From Longimicrobiales bacterium (GTDB taxonomy: Bacteria > Gemmatimonadota > Gemmatimonadetes > Longimicrobiales > Gaopeijiaceae): 64,000 nucleotides of DNA. Positions 1 to 9,577 of the stretch are shown piece by piece (the stretch's first letter is position 1; each line of letters begins with the position of its first letter). Location: positions 960,001 to 1,024,000 of the forward strand of contig OZ242008.1 of the NCBI GenBank assembly GCA_965204735.1, given 5' to 3'. Made by a program: the position numbers and the translations under genes. The notes under the pieces are model-generated. The model ran no database searches and was not told where the DNA came from. It saw only the letters and a list, made by a program, of their open reading frames with translations.

Positions 1-1
1 G

Positions 2-1219
2 CGCACCTTCTACCCGGACAACAGCTACACGCGCACGGCCGCCGGCGATCCGATCCGCCCCTACGACATGTCCGGCGACGTGATCGCCGAGTTCATGGGC
101 GTTCGCGTGGACCCGGCGCACACGCCCGTGGAGGCGCCGCTGTCGGCCGTGGACGGGCCTGCGACTCCTGCCGGCGAGGTGTCCGCCGGCGCGGGCGGGT
201 ACACCTTGGACGGCGCACTCAACGACGCCTTCAAGGCGGTGAACATGCTCTTCGACGCGGGGGTGGAGGTGCGCCGGGCGAGCCACCGCGACGCGGCAGG
301 CGGCAGCGGCCCTGTCGAAGGTCGGGCCGGTCGCGAGGGGATGGTCGCAGGCGACTTCGTCGTCGGTTCCGACGCGCCGGAGCCTCTCCTTCGCCAAATC
401 GCCGAGGCCACGGGCGTGGACTTCACCCCGTGGGACGGTGCCTCCGACGACCCGCCCGTCCATTCCATTGCCCGGCAGCGCATCGGCATGTACAAGCGCT
501 ACTACGGCGGCAACATGGACGAGGGGTGGACCCGCTGGCTGCTGGAGGAGTTCGGCTTTTCCTACGCGAGCCTGCTCGACGACGAGATCGTGGCGGGCGA
601 CCTCCACGATCGCTGGGACGTGATCGTCCTTCCCGCGGACAGCAAGGAGATGATGCTCGGCCCCACCGACGGGAGCGGGGGCGGCCGAGGCCCCGACCCG
701 AGCGGCACGCCGCCCGACTACCGCAGCGGCTTCGGCCAAGCCGGGGCGGAAGCGCTGGAAGCCTTCGTCGAGAACGGAGGAACGCTGGTCACCTTCGCCC
801 AGGCCGGCCAACTCGTGCTCGACGAGTTCGACGTGCCCGTCCGCAACGCCGTCGCGGGGATGTGGGGAAACGAGTTCTGGGCGCCGGGCTCCACGCTTCG
901 CGCAAGGGTGGACACGTCCAGCCCCTTCGCCTACGGGATGCCGGAAGACGCCCTGGCGACCTACTTGGCGGGCGGCCAGGTCTACGAGACGGTTCCGGGG
1001 GCGCGAAGCGCCGACGTCCGACGCATCGTTACCTACGTGGACCGCGACATCCTCCAGAGCGGGTGGCTCCTCGGGGAAGACGCAATAGCCGGAAAGGCCG
1101 CCATGGTGTCGGTCGCCCACGGCGAGGGCACGATCGTCATGATCGGATTCCGCGCCCAGCACCGCGCCCAGACCCACGGCACCTTCAAGCTCTTCTTCAA
1201 CGCGCTTGTGGGGCGCTGA
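2..1219 (+). CDS. C-terminal part of an M14-type zinc carboxypeptidase family protein with a C-terminal class I glutamine-amidotransferase-like domain (5' truncated by window)
   Basis: Frame is open from base 2 (RTFYPDNSY...PIRPYDMS). Contains the motifs GNMDEGWTRWLLEEF, DVIVLP, FVENGGTLV and GFRAQHRAQTHGTFKLFFNAL typical of this family's C-terminus. Confidence 0.75.
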   Translation, partial: RTFYPDNSYTRTAAGDPIRPYDMSGDVIAEFMGVRVDPAHTPVEAPLSAVDGPATPAGEVSAGAGGYTLDGALNDAFKAVNMLFDAGVEVRRASHRDAAGGSGPVEGRAGREGMVAGDFVVGSDAPEPLLRQIAEATGVDFTPWDGASDDPPVHSIARQRIGMYKRYYGGNMDEGWTRWLLEEFGFSYASLLDDEIVAGDLHDRWDVIVLPADSKEMMLGPTDGSGGGRGPDPSGTPPDYRSGFGQAGAEALEAFVENGGTLVTFAQAGQLVLDEFDVPVRNAVAGMWGNEFWAPGSTLRARVDTSSPFAYGMPEDALATYLAGGQVYETVPGARSADVRRIVTYVDRDILQSGWLLGEDAIAGKAAMVSVAHGEGTIVMIGFRAQHRAQTHGTFKLFFNALVGR

Positions 1220-1233
1220 AGAACCGGCTCCGC

Positions 1234-2403
1234 ATGCCCAAGGTCAGCCCGGAAGTGCTTCGGTGGGCCAGGACGACCGCCGGATTCCGACTCGACGAAG
1301 CCGCCCGCCGACTTGGGCTCGCTGAAGCACGGGGAATCGAGCCCGTGGACCGCTTGCACGCGCTGGAGGTCGGGGACGACGTTCCCACCCGCGCGATGCT
1401 GTCGAAGATGGCCCGCCAGTATCGTAGACCGCTGGCAGCGCTCTACCTGCCGAAGCCCCCACCAAAGGGAAGACGGGCTCACGATCTCCGATCCCCCGCA
1501 ACTAATCGCTCTACTGCCGACGACGCGAGGCTGGACGCGCTGATCCGCGACGCCAAGACCCGACAAGCGCTGCTCAAGTCGGCAATGCTTGACGTGGACG
1601 AAGCCAAGGCCTTGCCCTTCGTGGGCTCCGTGCACATGGACGACGGAGCGTCCGCCGTCTTGGCGTCGATTCGACAGACGTTGCGCATGCCACTTGACGA
1701 ATACCGACAAGCCTCCAGTATCGACGAGGCGTTTCGCAGGCTCCGCGGCCGGGTAGAAGCCGCAGGCATATTCGTGGTTCTGCTTGGAGACCTCGGCAGC
1801 CACCACACTCGCTTCGAGGCCGATCTCTTCCGCGGATTATGTTTGGCTGATCACATGTTGCCGTTTGTGGTGCTCAATCCAAACGACCACCGTAGTGCTT
1901 GGCCTCTGACGCTGTTGCACGAGCTGGCGCACCTGTGGCTTGGACAAACCGGCGTGAGCGGCGGCCTGCCGGAACGATCGGTAGAGAAGTTCTGCAACAG
2001 AGTCGCTTCCGAGTACTTGCTGCCCTCGGAGGAACTGTCCGCTTCGGACTTGCCCGTGCAGGGAAGTTCTTGCGACTTGACGGATTCTGTTGCAGAATAC
2101 GCCCGGGATCGACACGTGAGTGGATCCATGGTAGCCTATCGCTTGCACTTGCAAGGTGCTTTGGACCGGGAGACTTGGCTCAAGCTGGCCCGCCACTATG
2201 CGAAGGCTTGGCGCAGAGGTGATGAACAAGCACGCCAACGGGAGACAGCTGTCAATTACTACGTGGTTCGCAAGCATCGCTTAGGCACTAGGCTTGTCGA
2301 GACGACAAGCCGTCTGCTGGCCGCCGAAGCACTGACGACGACCAAGGCGGCTCGTATCCTCGGCACGAGCCCCAAGGTCGCGCACAGAGTCTGCGACCAC
2401 TGA
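1234..2403 (+). CDS. XRE-type HTH plus ImmA/IrrE-family zinc metallopeptidase
   Basis: ATG at 1234 (MPKVSPEVLRWAR...), N-terminal HTH, HELAH metallopeptidase motif followed by EKFCNRVASEYL. GC is lower than the flanks. Confidence 0.88.
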   Translation: MPKVSPEVLRWARTTAGFRLDEAARRLGLAEARGIEPVDRLHALEVGDDVPTRAMLSKMARQYRRPLAALYLPKPPPKGRRAHDLRSPATNRSTADDARLDALIRDAKTRQALLKSAMLDVDEAKALPFVGSVHMDDGASAVLASIRQTLRMPLDEYRQASSIDEAFRRLRGRVEAAGIFVVLLGDLGSHHTRFEADLFRGLCLADHMLPFVVLNPNDHRSAWPLTLLHELAHLWLGQTGVSGGLPERSVEKFCNRVASEYLLPSEELSASDLPVQGSSCDLTDSVAEYARDRHVSGSMVAYRLHLQGALDRETWLKLARHYAKAWRRGDEQARQRETAVNYYVVRKHRLGTRLVETTSRLLAAEALTTTKAARILGTSPKVAHRVCDH

Positions 2404-2411
2404 GTGTTGTT

Positions 2412-2538
2412 GTGCGTTAGCTGCTCGATGCGAATGTCTTGATTGATGCCAATCGGGACTACTACCCGATGAATCGGGTGCCCGAATTCTGGGAAGTGGC
2501 TTGCGCACCAGGGTCGGAAAGGAGTCATCAAGATACCC
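2412..2538 (+). pseudogene. DUF4411/PIN-like nuclease remnant
   Basis: Reads VR*LLDANVLIDANRDYYPMNRVPEFWE, then an extra base near 2496, then WLAHQGRKGVIKIP. In-frame TAG at 2418-2420, a frameshift, and truncation against the amidase 3' end. Confidence 0.75.
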
Positions 2539-2554
2539 TGCGCTGCATCGGCAA

Positions 2555-4300
2555 CTACAGCGTCGGCGGCCTCCGCTGGTGCCAGTCGCTGCTCTGCTGG
2601 AAGGCGTGGGCAACGCTGAGCAGCTTGTCGTCCGCGAAGAGGGCGCCGATCAGCGTGGTCGTCAGGGGCATTTCGGTCGGATTGTCCGCGTCGGGGTTGC
2701 GTACGCCGAAGTCGTAGGGGACGACGACTGCCGGATGACCGGTTTGGTTGGTCAGGCCCACGAGACCGGAGCCGCTGACGAACATGTCGAAGTCGTCCAT
2801 GACCTCGGCCATGCGCTTCATGACGACCAAGCGCCGGCGCTGCGACTGGACGAACTCCAACGCGCCCACCTGGCGACCGCCGCGGAACCGGCCGCGGCGA
2901 CGACGCTGCGCCTCGTCCAGGTCGTCGGGGAGGGGCTCGGGCTCGCCGTTCCTTGCGACATGGAAGTCGAATGCGGCGGCGGACTCGACGCTGAGCGCGT
3001 TGGAGCGGCCGTCGGGGAGTTCGGGCATGGGGCGCAGCTCGGCGCCGAGAGCCCGCAGCTGCTCCAGGAACGACTCCGGGGCGTCCTCGGTCCAGCCGAT
3101 GCGCAGTGCCGCGAACTCCGGCGCCGGGTCGAAGCGGAACGGGGTCGTCAAGGACCCGGGGTCCTTCTCGTCGGCCCCGTGGATCGCGTTGAAGACGAGA
3201 GCGCAGTCGAGCGCGCTTCGGCACATCGGTCCCGTCTTGTCCATGCTCCACGAGAGCACCATGCCGCCGTACCGGCTGACCCGACCAAAGGTGGGTCGCA
3301 GAGCCGTCAACCCGCACCGGCGGGAGGGCGACACAATGGACCCCTGGGTCTCCGTGCCGATGGCGAAGGCGACGCAGCCCGCCGCCGTCGCGGAGCCGGG
3401 ACCTGCCGAGGAGCCGCTGGAGCCCTCGTCGAGGTTCCACGGATTCAAGGTCCGTCCGCGGTACCAGCGGTCGCCCCGAGCGAACTCCCCGGTCGCCAGC
3501 TTGGCCGCCAGCACGGCGCCGGCGTTCCGCAGCCGGCGGGCGACCTCCGAGTCCTCGCGAGTGAACCGGGTCCGAAAGTCGGCGGCGCCCCACGTGGTGC
3601 GGGTGCCGGACGCGGCGAAGAGGTCCTTCAGGCCGTAGGGAATGCCGTGGAGCGGGCCGCGCCACCTGCCCTCGCGGCTCTCGGCGTCGGCTTGGCGGGC
3701 TTCCTCCTGGGCCCGGCCTTCGAGAATGGTCACTGCGCAGAGGAGGATCGGGTCCAGGCGCTTGAGGCGGTCCAGGTACACGCTGGTCAGCTCCTCCGAC
3801 GTGACCACTCGCTCCCGGATCAGGGCCGCCTGGCGGTGCACCGGAAGGAACGCCAACTCCCGCTCGGTGGAGGGAGCCGGCCCCGTCCATGGTTCGATGG
3901 GCACTTCGGTCCGCTCGAAGGGGTTGCCGCCGGCCTCCTGCCAAAGCTTCTCCAAGAGGGCGCCGGTGCCCCCCGGGTACGCCTGGAAGTGCAGGGCAGG
4001 GGGTTCGCCGTTGCCCAGCTGCACGAGCGGCGCCTCTTGGGGGTGCGGGACGGACGCGAACCCCGCATCGGTGGTCGCGGGCCGGTCTCGTTCGATCGAG
4101 ATGGCAGGCGAACCCGGGGTCCCCAGCGCGTCCGAGGCCAGAGCGCCCGTCGTCGCCGCCGCGGCAACCTTCAAGAATCCGCGACGCTCGACTGTAGGTG
4201 CCTCTCGGGGCGGGGGCGGGCGGTCGCGGTCGCGATCTGCGCGACGGCCGGGGTTTCCGATGCCCTGCCGTCCGTTGGAGTCGTTGCGGCCCACGCTCAT
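2555..4300 (-). CDS. Amidase signature family protein (GatA-like) with probable Tat signal
   Basis: PLHGIPYGLKD, SSGSSAG and GTETQGSIVSP motifs. N-terminal RRGFLK. Confidence 0.9.
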   Translation of the reverse strand: MSVGRNDSNGRQGIGNPGRRADRDRDRPPPPREAPTVERRGFLKVAAAATTGALASDALGTPGSPAISIERDRPATTDAGFASVPHPQEAPLVQLGNGEPPALHFQAYPGGTGALLEKLWQEAGGNPFERTEVPIEPWTGPAPSTERELAFLPVHRQAALIRERVVTSEELTSVYLDRLKRLDPILLCAVTILEGRAQEEARQADAESREGRWRGPLHGIPYGLKDLFAASGTRTTWGAADFRTRFTREDSEVARRLRNAGAVLAAKLATGEFARGDRWYRGRTLNPWNLDEGSSGSSAGPGSATAAGCVAFAIGTETQGSIVSPSRRCGLTALRPTFGRVSRYGGMVLSWSMDKTGPMCRSALDCALVFNAIHGADEKDPGSLTTPFRFDPAPEFAALRIGWTEDAPESFLEQLRALGAELRPMPELPDGRSNALSVESAAAFDFHVARNGEPEPLPDDLDEAQRRRRGRFRGGRQVGALEFVQSQRRRLVVMKRMAEVMDDFDMFVSGSGLVGLTNQTGHPAVVVPYDFGVRNPDADNPTEMPLTTTLIGALFADDKLLSVAHAFQQSSDWHQRRPPTL

Positions 4301-4313
4301 CCTCTCCCGGCTT

Positions 4314-4592
4314 CTATCCGCCCGAGACGGCTTGCATGAACAGCACCGTGTCGCCCTCGGCCACCGGCCCGTCCCATCCGTCCATCCATCGGGTGTTCAC
4401 GCCGTTGTGGAAGCACAGCACGTGCTCCCGGAACCGCCCCGACTCGTCGAAGAGGTGGGGCTTGAGGCGTGGTTCCCGGCGAACCAAGTCGCCGAAGACG
4501 TCCCGAAGCGTGTCGCCCGAAGCCGACATCTCCCGAACGCCGCCGGTGACGGGCTCGAGCAGCGAGGGCAGGGCAATGGTCACCGAGGCCAT
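4314..4592 (-). CDS. MoaD/ThiS-family ubiquitin-like sulfur carrier protein
   Basis: 92 aa MASVTIALPS...AVSGG with C-terminal GG. ATG overlaps the stop of the upstream gene. Confidence 0.88.
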   Translation of the reverse strand: MASVTIALPSLLEPVTGGVREMSASGDTLRDVFGDLVRREPRLKPHLFDESGRFREHVLCFHNGVNTRWMDGWDGPVAEGDTVLFMQAVSGG

Positions 4593-5680
4593 CACCCGCT
4601 CCACGCCGACACGTGGAGGATTCGCGGCAAGTGGACGGGCAGGTTGATCCAGCTTTCCCCCAAGTCGGCGCTGGCGTGCACGGTGCCGGCCGTGGTGCCC
4701 ATGTAGACGCCGTCCGGGTCCACGTTGTCGACGCACATGGCGCCCCGCAGGACCGTGCCCCAGGCATGGGCCGACGGCAGCCCGGCGGACGCGGAGTGCC
4801 AGCTGTCGCCCCGGTCGGTGCTGCGGAATACCTGAAGGGCGCCGCCGGCGGGCACCCGGTGCTCGTCGCTCTCTTGGGGCACGGCGAAGAGCGCTCGGCC
4901 TCCGGCGTCGACGACGAGGGGAAAGCCGAACGCGGAAGGCAGGCCGTCTTCGTTGCGCTCCCAGAACTCCCCCCCGTCGGCGCTCCGATACATGCCCGAG
5001 TGGTCCTGCCGGTAGAGGCGGTTCGGGTCGGCGGGATCCTGGGCCAAGCCGTGCACGCAGCTGCCGATCTCCTTGTGCTCCTTGTCTTCCAGAACCGTCG
5101 ACACGCCCCGGTTCTTGGGAATCCACGCGGCGCCGCCGTCGTCGGTGCGGAAGACGCCGACTGCCGAGATGCCGCACCACATCCGTTTCGGGTCGTCCTC
5201 GCTGAAGAGGAGGGCGTGGCAGCAGAGGCCGCCGGCGCCGGGCATCCATCCGCCGCGGGTCTCGTGGTCGTTCAGCCCGGGCACGGGCGCCCACTTCCGC
5301 CCGCCGTTGGCGCTGGCGAAGAGGCCCGCGTCCTGCACTCCGGCGTAGAGGACGCCCCGGTTCTCCTTCAGGGTCCACACCTGCCGGAGCCGTCGGTCGC
5401 CCCCGTCGGCGTACGCCGGTCCCTCGGCAACCTGCTCCCACTGATCCGGGCCCGGAACCGCGCCTCCCACCGTCGCCGCGCGCCCGTCCCGAGTCGAGTA
5501 CAGCGCCGGCCCGTAGATGTCGCTGGCGACTGCGGCCATGAAGCGCCCGTCGCTCAGCCGAACTCCCGCCGTGACCTTCCATCCCTTGAAGAACGGCCCC
5601 GTCACGTCCCACTCGCGCCGGTCCCGGCTCGTGAGCCAGAACCCGCCTTTCGCAGTCCCCACCAAGAGTCGCGCGCTCAT
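4592..5680 (-). CDS. BNR/Asp-box repeat beta-propeller protein (sialidase/glycosyl-hydrolase-like)
   Basis: LLVGTAKG start and repeated S/TxDGGxxW Asp-boxes (SANGGRKW, TDDGGAAW, SADGGEFW, STDRGDSW, SADLGESW). Confidence 0.85.
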   Translation of the reverse strand: MSARLLVGTAKGGFWLTSRDRREWDVTGPFFKGWKVTAGVRLSDGRFMAAVASDIYGPALYSTRDGRAATVGGAVPGPDQWEQVAEGPAYADGGDRRLRQVWTLKENRGVLYAGVQDAGLFASANGGRKWAPVPGLNDHETRGGWMPGAGGLCCHALLFSEDDPKRMWCGISAVGVFRTDDGGAAWIPKNRGVSTVLEDKEHKEIGSCVHGLAQDPADPNRLYRQDHSGMYRSADGGEFWERNEDGLPSAFGFPLVVDAGGRALFAVPQESDEHRVPAGGALQVFRSTDRGDSWHSASAGLPSAHAWGTVLRGAMCVDNVDPDGVYMGTTAGTVHASADLGESWINLPVHLPRILHVSAWSG

Positions 5681-5756
5681 CCCTGTCCCCCTGTGCCATT
5701 CCTTCCGCCCCGAGCGGCGGTCGGGAGAGAAGATACGACCAAGCCGTCCGTCGCGG

Positions 5757-6938
5757 CTATTGCGAGGCCCGCGCCATCACGTCCTCGACGACGGCGCAGG
5801 CGAACGCCCGCTGCTCGGCCGTGATCGTGGGGTGGACTGGGAACGTCAAGCACGTCTCGCTCACTTGCTTGGCGTTGGGCAAGCGCCGACCGGGCCGCCA
5901 CCCCGTCCCGTCGAAGGCGGCTTCGCGGTAGATCTCGGGGCAGATGTCCTTGTAGGAGCAAGGAACCCCCGCGGAGCTGATCTCGGCGACCACCCGGTTC
6001 CGGTTCCAGCCGGCCGCCAACCGCTCGGGCCGCACGAAGGCGTGCCAGCGGTAGTACGCGTGGCGGACGTGCTTGGGAACCGCCGGAACCCGCATGGCGT
6101 CGAACTGCCTGCAAGCGCTTGCCAGCGCGTCGGCGTTGCGCGTGCGCGCAACGGACCACTCGGCCATGCGGCGCAGCTGGAGCCGCCCCAGGGCCGACTG
6201 CATCTCCGTCAGTCGCCAGTTGGTGCCGAAGGAGTCGTGAACCCAGCGGAAGCCCGGCGGATGCGGCCGGTCGAAGACCGCCTCCCACGACTTGCCATGG
6301 TCCTTGTACGACCAAGCCGCGTCCCAGAGGCTCCGATCGCTGGTGGTGACCATCCCGCCTTCGCCGCCCGTCGTCATGATCTTGTCCTGGCAGAACGACC
6401 ACGCGGCGACGTCGCCGATCCCGCCCACGCTCCGCCCGCGGTAGCGCGCGCCGTGAGCCTGGGCGCAGTCCTCCACCACGACGGCCCCCCGATCCCGCGC
6501 CAGCTTCGCGATGGGGTCCATCTCGCACGGCCAGCCGGCCAAGTGGACGCACACGACCGCGCGGGTTCGGGACGTCCAGGCCGCCTCCACGGAACCGGGG
6601 GTGAAGTTCTGGGAATCGAGGTCGATGTCGGCGAACACCGGCCGCGCTCCCACGTTCACGATGCAGCTTGCGGACGCGATGAAGGACCGGGGCGTGACGA
6701 TCACGTCGTCGCCCTCTCCGACGCCCGCGACGCGCAGGGCCAACTCGAGGGCCACGGTGCCGTTCGCCACGGCAACGGCGTGGTCGGCGCCCGCGAACGC
6801 CGCGAACTCCTTCTCGAAGGCCCGGCCTTCCTCTCCGGTCCAGTAGTTCACGCGGTTGGACCGCAGGACCCGGGCGGCGGCCCGAACCTCTTCCTCGCCG
6901 TAGCAGGGCCAGGGTGCGAAGGTCGGCTGCGCAATCAC
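5757..6938 (-). CDS. DegT/DnrJ/EryC1/StrS-family sugar aminotransferase
   Basis: ANGTVAL, VEDCAQAHGA, SFCQDKIMTTGGEGGM and GTNWRLTEMQ motifs. Probable GTG start at 6938. Confidence 0.92.
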   Translation of the reverse strand: MIAQPTFAPWPCYGEEEVRAAARVLRSNRVNYWTGEEGRAFEKEFAAFAGADHAVAVANGTVALELALRVAGVGEGDDVIVTPRSFIASASCIVNVGARPVFADIDLDSQNFTPGSVEAAWTSRTRAVVCVHLAGWPCEMDPIAKLARDRGAVVVEDCAQAHGARYRGRSVGGIGDVAAWSFCQDKIMTTGGEGGMVTTSDRSLWDAAWSYKDHGKSWEAVFDRPHPPGFRWVHDSFGTNWRLTEMQSALGRLQLRRMAEWSVARTRNADALASACRQFDAMRVPAVPKHVRHAYYRWHAFVRPERLAAGWNRNRVVAEISSAGVPCSYKDICPEIYREAAFDGTGWRPGRRLPNAKQVSETCLTFPVHPTITAEQRAFACAVVEDVMARASQ

Positions 6939-6957
6939 GTCGTGTCGTCTGTCATGG

Positions 6958-7563
6958 TTGGCTCCGGCCGGGCCGACGGAGGTGGCCCGCGGGGATGGTC
7001 TGGACCAAGTTGGCGAAATGGACCCCTCACCTCCAAATCGCGAGGCTCCACCCAACAGCGCTCGCCCTGGGCCGGGCTCGGCCCGTGCGGTCCGCCCGGT
7101 CATCCTCTTCGACGGCGTGTGCAACCTGTGCAACGCCATGGTCCGATGGGTCGTGGAGCACGACGTCCACGGCCACTTCCGCTTCGCTCCTCTTCAGTCC
7201 AAGGAGGCGCGTCGGCTCTTGAGTGCCGCCGGTGCGGACATGGGCTGCGCGGACGCGGGCGCCGGAGACGCCGCCCCCCGGGGCGCCAAGCCCGACAGCG
7301 GCGCGACGCCCCCGGGCAGCAACGACACCGTGGCGCTGGTGGACCAGGACGGAGTTCACCTGCGGTCTGCCGCGGCGATCCGCGTGGCCAAGCGCTTGGA
7401 CTTTCCGTGGTCGCTGCTGGGGTGGCTGTCCGCCGCGCCGCGCCCCCTCCGCGACGCCGCCTACGACTTCGTGGCCAGGAACCGCTACCGCTGGTTCGGG
7501 CGAAGAGCGACTTGCCCGGTGCCCGGTCCCGGCTTGGCCGAGCGGTTTCTGGACTCGGAGTAA
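6958..7563 (+). CDS. DCC1-like (DUF393) thiol-disulfide oxidoreductase
   Basis: ILFDGVCNLC (DxxCxxC), FAPLQS and RDAAYDFVARNRYRWFG motifs. Start uncertain, ATG 7018 plausible. Confidence 0.88.
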   Translation: MAPAGPTEVARGDGLDQVGEMDPSPPNREAPPNSARPGPGSARAVRPVILFDGVCNLCNAMVRWVVEHDVHGHFRFAPLQSKEARRLLSAAGADMGCADAGAGDAAPRGAKPDSGATPPGSNDTVALVDQDGVHLRSAAAIRVAKRLDFPWSLLGWLSAAPRPLRDAAYDFVARNRYRWFGRRATCPVPGPGLAERFLDSE

Positions 7564-7589
7564 GTGTTTCGTCCGCCGCCGGCCGCGTG

Positions 7590-9439
7590 TCATTGGCCCT
7601 CCCTCGGGTGCTTGACCCAGTCGTTCAGCAAGTAGATCGCCCCTCCGTCGAAGGCGGCGACCAGCTCGTGGTCGGGCGGATGCGCTTCCACGAGCTCCCT
7701 GGCGAACGTCCGCGCAGTGTCGGCGGGGCTCCTCAGGTAGAGCACGAAGAGGCGCCCGCCGTCGGCCTTCCCGGCGCTCGCCGGCCCCAGCCAAGGTTCG
7801 GAGGTCGACGTCTCCGGCGCCACTCGGTGCACCGACCAACGGCCTTCGGACGTCCCCAGGGGGAAGTAGAAGCCTGCGTCGTTGTCGATCCGGCCGAAGT
7901 GCTTCATGTGGAGCACCGCGAAGTTCGCCAGCCAGTTGATCGTGGTGAAGTAGTCGCCGGATTCCATCCGGCCCGCTGTTGCCGCCGCCATGGCCGGCAA
8001 GCGCCACGCCGGGCCAGGCGGCTTGATGTACGTCCCGGGCTGCGCCGACCAAAGGGCGAGGGCGCCGGCAACCAGCACGGTCGCAGTCCATACAGCCGCG
8101 CTCCGGCCGGGTCCCGCAGCGACCCTTGGCCAACGGATTCCCATCCGGGCGACGGCCTGCTCCAAGGCGAACGCCGCACCGACGCCTGCTGCGAGCATGA
8201 GCGGCGGCACCATCCACAACACCAAGCGAGGTGTCGGCTCGAACGGCTTTGCCGTCAGCACCAAGCCCGCGACGGCTCCTGTCGCCAGCAGCAGCGTTCC
8301 CACTCTCGGCCTCGAGCCCCGGCCCGAAACCACGGCGCCGACGCAGACCAGCGCCGCCAGGACGCCGTTTGCCCAGCTCGGATGCTTGAAGTGCCAAGCG
8401 TGCCAAATCTCGAACGGATGCCAAAGCAGCGAATCATAGGCCCGGTATCCTCTGACTCTGGCTTGGCTCAGGGTTTCGAGCAAGCCCCGGATGCCCTCGG
8501 CGGCGATGATTGGTCCGTACAGGACTCCGGCGCCGGCGAGAGCCACGGCCGACCAAGCCGCCGTCTTGACGGCAAAGGGTCCCGCTGCTGCGCGCCCGCC
8601 CTCGCGCCAACGCACCAGCAGCATCCAGACCAGGGTCGTCGCAGCAGGAAACACCATCAATGGCATGGTGAAGAGGCCGAGGGCGATCGCCCCGGCCCAC
8701 GCCGCCCACAGCGCCCTGTTGTCCGGCTTCCGTACCAGGGACCGTCCGCACAGCAGCGCTGCCGTGAAGAAGAGGAGGAGGAGCGTGTGTCCCCTTGCGT
8801 GGGTGGCGTACTCCACGACAAGGGGCGACATGCCCGTGAAGACGGTGGCGAACACGGCTGCCGTCGGTCCGTACTCTTGCCGCGCGAACCACCACAGCAC
8901 GGGGAGGAAGAGACAGAACGAAAGAAACGCGGGCTGTCGAAGCACAGCCAAGCTCCACCCGCCAAAGTGACGCGCCGCCGAGACCAAGAGCGTGTGCAGC
9001 ACGTGGTTGTTCGTATCGTCGTACGTGGTGGCGATCGCCGCGAGCGGTGCGCTGCCGTAAGTGACGAGCGCCTCCTGCTCGTCGTAGGTGATGGGGCTGC
9101 CATCGAGTCTGGCGGCGGCCAAGCCCACGGCGGCCAAGACGACGACCGCTGCCAACAAGGTTTCGGTCGGGTGCGCGGCCGTGGAGGGGGACGAGGCGCG
9201 CGCCCTGCCGACGATCCAGCAACAGAGCAGCGTAGCTGCAAACCACGCCGCCGACGTTGCCACGTCTCCGATTCGGTAGTCCGCGGTCCACAGCCATGCC
9301 GCGTAGAAACCGGCGGCCGTGAGGGCGCTCCCGCTGACCGCCGCTGGCACGCCCCATCGCTGGAGCGTTGACAGCCCGGATTTTTCACAAGAGGGGGGGG
9401 GGGGGGGGGGGTAGGCATTGGCATCTCCAAGTCGTTCAT
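7590..9439 (-). pseudogene. GT-C/ArnT(PMT/GT39)-like membrane glycosyltransferase, copy A, frameshifted at a poly-C tract (possible phase-OFF allele)
   Basis: Near-identical to 11501-13351. The ATGs at 9439/9424/9418 are out of frame with the body because the tract at 9393-9411 has 19 G against 14 G in the in-frame copy. Confidence 0.65.
9393..9411. repeat. G19 homopolymer in the 5' end of GT copy A
   Basis: Direct count: 19 G. Confidence 0.95.
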
Positions 9440-9442
9440 ATT

Positions 9443-9577
9443 TTAACTTAACCCGGGCCACGTCAGCCGAAGGTAGACTTCGACAGAAGCGACCGCCGCG
9501 CAGGAGGCTGCCACGAACGCCAGCGTGTTCCAGAGCGCGATGCGCGCCACGGGGAGCACGCACGATTGACGTGTCAT
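9443..9577 (-). pseudogene. Truncated N-terminal stub of an SGNH-family paralog
   Basis: MTRQSCVLPVARIALWNTLAFVAASCAAVASVEVYLRLTWPGLS* matches the N-terminal anchor of the SGNH paralogs. ATG overlaps the stop of GT copy B (ATGA). Confidence 0.8.
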
